Virus record (IMG/VR): IMGVR_UViG_3300026484_000007
Span: 62,001-126,000 of that record
Direction: 5' to 3' (one strand)
DNA: 64,000 nucleotides
This document shows positions 58,810-64,000 of this stretch, piece by piece. The position numbers and the translations under genes were made by a program. The number at the start of each line of letters is the position of its first letter. Position 1 is the stretch's first letter. Under the pieces are notes generated by a model. It ran no database searches. It was not told the DNA's origin and saw only the letters and a program-made list of their open reading frames with translations.

Positions 58810-60444
58810 TTATATTTTAATCTTATTAGTTCTTCTTTTAATAAGCTGTGCCGGCTGAGAATTCTTTTTTAATAATGGAAAATAAATAGTGAACTTCATT
58901 GGTTTTTCTGGATCAGAAACCAATTTAACCTGATTGTACTCAAGCAAAACTTCATTCTCTTTTATTTCATTGATATATTGCTCAATTTTTCCACCCTCAT
59001 GTAATTCTGCTATGTACTTATCCAGAATTTCTTTTAAGATTAAAAAATCATTAATCTTTTCAACCCAGAATTGTTCTTCGTTTTCGTAGTTTCTATTTAT
59101 GAAATCTTTAAAAGATTCTCTAAAATATTTTCTGGGAAGAAAATCTAAAACCAATCTTTCTGTTTTTTTATCTAAATGATAGACTCCGTATTTGTCTTTT
59201 TTATTCAGGTATTCGAAAAAATTATATAAAAAATGTTTTCCGTGAGTTCTTTGATATTCCATAACTTCATAATTATAATAACTTGATGGAATTTCTTTCT
59301 TGAACATTTTAAAAAAGTCGTCCGAATGATAAATATTAGACACGTTCATCAAAGAAATATCTCCTCTCATATTATAATTCTTTTTCAAATACGACGTAAA
59401 TGTAGTTACCATAAATCGTTTTTCAAATTTATTTTTGATTATATTTCTAAGTGTCTCCGAAAAGAATTTCAAAATTTTCGCTGGATTATGTAATCTAATT
59501 TTTATTTTTTTAGATTTTATGTATTTATAATTTTCATGATTCTTAAACTCTGGATAATTCAATAAAGTACTCGTAAATTTTTTCATCGGTGTAGGATAAT
59601 TCATTGTATAAATTGATTTTTTTAAAGTAATTTTATTTATACTAAAGTTTATTCTACTCGGAATGATATTAGTAAAAAGATAAATTTTTCCGAATAATAA
59701 TTCAAATATATTAACCGCCTTTTTGATTCTTCTAATCATAAAAGGATTAGCATGAAGCTGATAATTTATTTGATCGGGCGCTATATGAATAGCTTTAAGT
59801 AAAAGATCAATATTCTTTCTGCTGTTTTCATCAAAGAGATTTTCGTTTTTTAAATACTCTTGGATCTTATTAGGATCTGATATAAAAAAGTATATAAAAT
59901 AATTAAACGAAAAAGATCGAATATTCATAAAGAAATGAAATTTTTCATCTATGTACTTTCTGAACTCTTTTTTATCTTTTAAATTTTCAGGTAAAGTATC
60001 TTCAAATAAATAATACACAAATGTTTCAAATATATTCAATCCTTCTCTATTTTGCAAAAAATTTCCTGTGCGGTCAGCAAACTCATTCAGATCTAAAAAA
60101 GATCTTAATTCTAAATTAATAAAAGAAATTTTCTTTCCATTTTTATCTTTAATTTCCATCTCGTTGAATAAAATTTCGAAAAGTCTCATATATCCAAAGA
60201 ACAAATAAAACACTTCATTGTGTGTAATTGATTCCATTTGAATTTTTAAGAAATTCTTAAATTCAAAACTGAAATAATTAAATAATGTTTTTAAAAAGGG
60301 ATCTTTAATAGATCCTTTATTCTCTTCAAAACTCTTTTTTAAAGTTTTAATTAAAACCGGCAATGATTCTTTAAAATTCTTTTTTGCCTTCGCAACTTCT
60401 CCATACGGCATCTGAATTATTTTTATTCTTTTTCTTTTAGCCAT
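58810..60444 (-). CDS. Hypothetical basic protein between RNAP genes
   Basis: 544 aa, AAGGAG RBS. Confidence 0.7.
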   Translation of the reverse strand: MAKRKRIKIIQMPYGEVAKAKKNFKESLPVLIKTLKKSFEENKGSIKDPFLKTLFNYFSFEFKNFLKIQMESITHNEVFYLFFGYMRLFEILFNEMEIKDKNGKKISFINLELRSFLDLNEFADRTGNFLQNREGLNIFETFVYYLFEDTLPENLKDKKEFRKYIDEKFHFFMNIRSFSFNYFIYFFISDPNKIQEYLKNENLFDENSRKNIDLLLKAIHIAPDQINYQLHANPFMIRRIKKAVNIFELLFGKIYLFTNIIPSRINFSINKITLKKSIYTMNYPTPMKKFTSTLLNYPEFKNHENYKYIKSKKIKIRLHNPAKILKFFSETLRNIIKNKFEKRFMVTTFTSYLKKNYNMRGDISLMNVSNIYHSDDFFKMFKKEIPSSYYNYEVMEYQRTHGKHFLYNFFEYLNKKDKYGVYHLDKKTERLVLDFLPRKYFRESFKDFINRNYENEEQFWVEKINDFLILKEILDKYIAELHEGGKIEQYINEIKENEVLLEYNQVKLVSDPEKPMKFTIYFPLLKKNSQPAQLIKRRTNKIKI

Positions 60445-60477
60445 TTTCTCTCCTTATTTTTTTTAATTTTTTTCTTC

Positions 60478-60632
60478 GAAAACTTGTGTTTCCAGAACGT
60501 TAAGCATCATTGGATACACAAAGATATATAGCAGTTCTAAAAATTTTAGAACTGCTTTTATATCGCTTGTATCTAAAATAGATGCTACGTGGAAAATCAA
60601 AGTTTTTACAGTTTTTTCTAGCGACAAAAAAA
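60478..60632. repeat. Dispersed palindrome copy plus T7-GTCGCTAG-A6 motif
   Basis: Close match to the 39776 copy. Confidence 0.9.
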
Positions 60633-60637
60633 GAAGA

Positions 60638-60668
60638 GTATTTATATAGCGCCCTCTTCAACGGCGCT
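60638..60668 (-). promoter_or_regulatory. GCGCC hairpin + GGGCGC-NN-TATAAATAC putative phage promoter
   Basis: Same core and spacing as the three leaders at 28.9-32.1 kb. Confidence 0.5.
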
Positions 60669-60684
60669 CGATTTAATTTATATT

Positions 60685-62697
60685 TTATTTATATATATTA
60701 ATTAAATCTCTATACATATGATCAACTGATTCATTTTTTCTAGATGTAAATATTTTTTGAATAGTTTTATTTCCAAAATTATAAAATATCGTTAATTTTG
60801 GATCAATATTATTAATTACATCTTTCAATGCAAATTGTTTCACGATAGGTTTATCACTGTATCTATATAATACATCATCTTCATCATAGAAAATTAATGA
60901 TAATACCAGTTCGAAATAAACATTGAAAATATCAGTTTCATCTGAAACATTTATTAATTTATCATAAATTTCTTCAATTGGAACAAGATTTTTCTTATCT
61001 CTATTTTTATCAATTAAACCAGTAATACTATTTAAGATTTTTACTGCATCTTCAGAGAATGGTAAATCAATTACATGAATTCTTAACATTCCTTGTTCTT
61101 CATTAAGATGAAGATCGATTGCTTCTGGTTGATATTTATCTTCTAAATAATTTACGATCAATTTTAGATCTTCTAAAGATCCTTTTAAGATCGTTACTTC
61201 AGAATCACTATAATCTACATCGATTCTTCTTAAAACTTCTTGCACTTGCTTATCTTCATTTGCTAAGAAAACCCCACCAAAATGATGCGCACGAAGTACG
61301 CTTTGGATTGTTGCTTCGCTTAAATATTGTCCTATCGGTGCTCCAAGGTTTGCTGTCGTTGGTCTTTTTTCACCTAAACATTTTGGACAAACTTGATAGT
61401 TTGGCATTTGGCAAGTGATTGGTGATCTTAATAAGATCTTTTTACCAATTAAATGATTTTCATCTCCTTGAATCATTAATTCTTTATCACCATCTAATTC
61501 TTTATACCATCTGTATTTTAAAGTTTTTAAATATTTCTCATTTTTAATTAAAATTTCAAAATATCTTTCTTTTCCAGTGTGTTCAAAACAATCTTGAACT
61601 TCTTTATTTTGCTTTAAAATCCCAGCAGTAAAAAAGAATTTTCTTTGAAGTTCTCCACCTTTTGGAATTGCGTCCTGTCTTTGTCCAAGAGCTAATCTTG
61701 CACTATCTCCAGTATTAAAATATTCATCTTGAGTTAAACCATCAAGTAAAGAATTTTTAATATTCATTGGCATCGCTCTACCATAAATATCAGTAGGAAT
61801 TCCAGTATTACTTGCTGCTTTTAATAACTGAACTGATTTTAATCTTGCTCCAGATTGAAAAAGAGAATTAAAGAAACTCGTATCTTTTTTAGATACTTCT
61901 GTTGTAATATAATCTTCATAAAGTACCATATTTTGCTGGAATGCTAAAAATGGTTCTCCTTGAATTAACTTAGTCTTGAATTTATTAATTTCATCACTTT
62001 CAACAATGAAATCATCTAATTCAAATGTTGGACAAGCGTAATCTAATCTCGAACCGGCTTCTAATAAAAATTTATTAAATTTATGAATTCTATCCCAGAA
62101 TTGTCCACCGATATTATTCTTTTTTAAGAATTCATTGTAATCGTATGTTAATTTATTTAATCCTTTTTTATTCAATAAACCATATTTTTCGAAAGTATAT
62201 AAATGATAGATTTCTGAATCATTTGATTGAATCTTATAAACATCAAGAATTTGATTTATTATAACTTCAAAATATGATAAAATTTTACCTTGAATCATTA
62301 CTGGTCTTCCACCATATTTCATAAGTTTATTCATCGTAATTAAAAATATAGGATCTAATTCCTTATAAATCCTTTCAACTGTTTGGATATTTTCTTGATT
62401 TTTTTCTTCTTCATCCATTTGAGAAAAATCATCAATAAGTTCTTGAGGATTAAAATTTTCATACGCTTTCTTTGATAACATGAAAGCACCATAGATACTT
62501 TCATGTTCATAATCAATTAAAAGTTTATCAGTATGTTCAAATTCAATATTGTTTTTAATGAACATTGCAGCGAAATCGCGTTTTGCTTGTTTTGAATGAA
62601 GAGATAAAGATAACATACTATCCCCATCAAAATCCGCATTAAAGAACGCTGACACTAAATCGTTTAATTCAATAACTCTATTTTTTTTATATTCCAT
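60685..62697 (-). CDS. RNA polymerase beta'-like subunit, catalytic/C-terminal part
   Basis: FNADFDGD near the N-terminus; SGAR; bridge helix ARLAL..GGELQR; LRSPITC..CPKC; trigger loop QSVLRAHHFGG. Confidence 0.93.
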   Translation of the reverse strand: MEYKKNRVIELNDLVSAFFNADFDGDSMLSLSLHSKQAKRDFAAMFIKNNIEFEHTDKLLIDYEHESIYGAFMLSKKAYENFNPQELIDDFSQMDEEEKNQENIQTVERIYKELDPIFLITMNKLMKYGGRPVMIQGKILSYFEVIINQILDVYKIQSNDSEIYHLYTFEKYGLLNKKGLNKLTYDYNEFLKKNNIGGQFWDRIHKFNKFLLEAGSRLDYACPTFELDDFIVESDEINKFKTKLIQGEPFLAFQQNMVLYEDYITTEVSKKDTSFFNSLFQSGARLKSVQLLKAASNTGIPTDIYGRAMPMNIKNSLLDGLTQDEYFNTGDSARLALGQRQDAIPKGGELQRKFFFTAGILKQNKEVQDCFEHTGKERYFEILIKNEKYLKTLKYRWYKELDGDKELMIQGDENHLIGKKILLRSPITCQMPNYQVCPKCLGEKRPTTANLGAPIGQYLSEATIQSVLRAHHFGGVFLANEDKQVQEVLRRIDVDYSDSEVTILKGSLEDLKLIVNYLEDKYQPEAIDLHLNEEQGMLRIHVIDLPFSEDAVKILNSITGLIDKNRDKKNLVPIEEIYDKLINVSDETDIFNVYFELVLSLIFYDEDDVLYRYSDKPIVKQFALKDVINNIDPKLTIFYNFGNKTIQKIFTSRKNESVDHMYRDLINIYK

Positions 62698-62724
62698 ATT
62701 AATTCTCCTTTATTTTTTTAATCT

Positions 62725-63153
62725 TTATTTTAACGCTTTATGTAAATCAGTCTTGAACTCTTCATCTTCAATCCAGCACGAAGGAATTACTTTATTGATA
62801 TGCATTTTCTTTTTAATTTCTTCGATAATTAAAGATAAAATTATATCATAATCTTTCTTAGATTTTAATTTAATTAACTTAAGATATTTAAGAATTATGT
62901 CAGCTCCGACGCAAGATACTTTTTCAATGTCTTTTAAAGAGAGATCTTTTTTAGATCTTTCTATAGAAACTCCATATAATTTTTTATATAATTTAGGATC
63001 GCCATAAATATCAGGAATTAAAATTCCTTTCTTTTTTTCCTTTTGGAATTCTTGAATATAATCAATGATCTTTCCAGGATCTTTTAAATCATTAATACTA
63101 AGAAATCTTACTATTTTATCTTTCAAATCATATTTCATTTTTGCTCTTGCCAT
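62725..63153 (-). CDS. Hypothetical basic protein
   Basis: AAGGAG RBS. Confidence 0.6.
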   Translation of the reverse strand: MARAKMKYDLKDKIVRFLSINDLKDPGKIIDYIQEFQKEKKKGILIPDIYGDPKLYKKLYGVSIERSKKDLSLKDIEKVSCVGADIILKYLKLIKLKSKKDYDIILSLIIEEIKKKMHINKVIPSCWIEDEEFKTDLHKALK

Positions 63154-63165
63154 TTTTTTTCTCCT

Positions 63166-63438
63166 TTATAAAGCTTGAAATTCTAACCAACTTACCCAAG
63201 TTCCTTCGTCTTCGACTGATCTTTCTAAGATCTTTTCTATAAAATCTTCAGTTACCTGAATGTCATTATAAATACTTTGATTTTTATTTGGCTGAAATGT
63301 TCCTGTTTGAAGATAGGCGATTTTATATTTATCGCCTTTATAATAGCAAAACATTTCATTTTTAAAAATTTTAATACTATCTACAAACACTGTTAATTTT
63401 TTATTCGATTTTTTCATTAAAGCTTGAATTCTAATCAT
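63166..63438 (-). CDS. Hypothetical protein
   Basis: AAGGA RBS. Confidence 0.55.
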   Translation of the reverse strand: MIRIQALMKKSNKKLTVFVDSIKIFKNEMFCYYKGDKYKIAYLQTGTFQPNKNQSIYNDIQVTEDFIEKILERSVEDEGTWVSWLEFQAL

Positions 63439-63470
63439 TCTTTATCCTTTTTTTCATTGATATTCTCCGT

Positions 63471-64000
63471 TCATTTCTCTACCGTTTCTTCTTTATCCTT
63501 TTTATTATAAAATAAATCATTGTCTCCAAAAACTCTACCAAGAGTTACTCCGCTGGTATTGAATTTATAAAGAACGGGCTGTCTTTCAAATAATATTCTA
63601 AATTCTTTAGACTTTGATTTTAAAAATTCTATAAATAACGGATCGCTAATTTCGATTCCATCATCATTTAATGTATTGTAAATATATTGTAAATACTCCA
63701 TAACTGTAAAATCAGTATCTTCAATATGATCGTTTTCAAATTTTTCATATAAGAATCTTAAGAATTCAGGAAGAAATAATTTTTCTACTGCTTCTCTATG
63801 CATACCAATTTGGTAAGGTTTTAAAGCAGGGTTTGGCACAATTACAGCTCTTTGACTAAACTCTACTGTTTTCCCAGTTAAAGATTCTCTAATATAACTT
63901 TCTTTTTTCTTAAAATTACTTTGAGAAATACTTTCAAAAATTTCAGATACCTTTTCTTGGTATTTATAAACTGTAAATCCAAACATCTGAGAATTTTCTT
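63471..64000 (-). CDS. RNA polymerase beta'-like subunit, middle fragment (probably 5' partial)
   Basis: GKTVEFSQRAVIVPNP.L..YQIGM (cf. GKRVDYSGRSVI) and ERQPVLY (cf. NRAPTLH); frame open to the window edge. Confidence 0.85.
   Translation of the reverse strand, partial: ENSQMFGFTVYKYQEKVSEIFESISQSNFKKKESYIRESLTGKTVEFSQRAVIVPNPALKPYQIGMHREAVEKLFLPEFLRFLYEKFENDHIEDTDFTVMEYLQYIYNTLNDDGIEISDPLFIEFLKSKSKEFRILFERQPVLYKFNTSGVTLGRVFGDNDLFYNKKDKEETVEK

Noticed and set aside
59776-59792. GGGCGC-TA-TATGAATAG as another promoter copy
   Set aside because: Mismatched core, no hairpin partner, antisense inside a CDS; probably chance
7471-60607. Palindrome family as an IS/transposon
   Set aside because: No transposase and no convincing target-site duplications; kept as an unexplained repeat
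62698-63470. Group I intron or intein separating the beta' fragments
   Set aside because: The interval is filled by two ordinary RBS-led ORFs; no GC-richer ribozyme core, homing endonuclease motif or intein terminal residues seen
1-64000. tRNA/rRNA genes and alternative genetic code
   Set aside because: No cloverleaf or rRNA-like segment recognised; intergenic gaps are short; long ORFs tile the window under code 11

Overview
Very AT-rich, gene-dense segment that reads as a jumbo bacteriophage genome (standard code 11, AAGGAG-type RBSs). It is not a cellular chromosome. 1-8930 (+): long coiled-coil repeat proteins with tail-fibre-type motifs. 11-15.5 kb (+): signal-peptide-bearing non-specific nuclease, GIY-YIG-like protein, M15 endolysin. 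15.5-64 kb (-): split family-B DNA polymerase, circularly permuted SbcC/Rad50, Gat-QueC, PNK-phosphatase, type II topoisomerase subunits, DpdA/TGT-like transglycosylase, Qng1(DUF2419)-like protein, PRTase, a homing-endonuclease-like gene and a fragmented multisubunit RNA polymerase (beta x2, beta' x2). Best candidates for new biology: (1) a phage E1(ThiF)-E2-like-JAB cluster whose three genes carry near-identical ~85-95 nt leaders and no obvious ubiquitin-like gene; (2) a pervasive GATC-N7-GATC (11-bp phased) motif, about 55-60 pairs by manual count, written into coding sequence; (3) a dispersed ~130-bp imperfect palindrome family and a conserved hairpin-T7-GTCGTYAG-A6 terminator-like motif; (4) a 7-deazaguanine pathway that includes an apparent salvage glycosylase. 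All calls come from reading motifs by eye; no searches were run.
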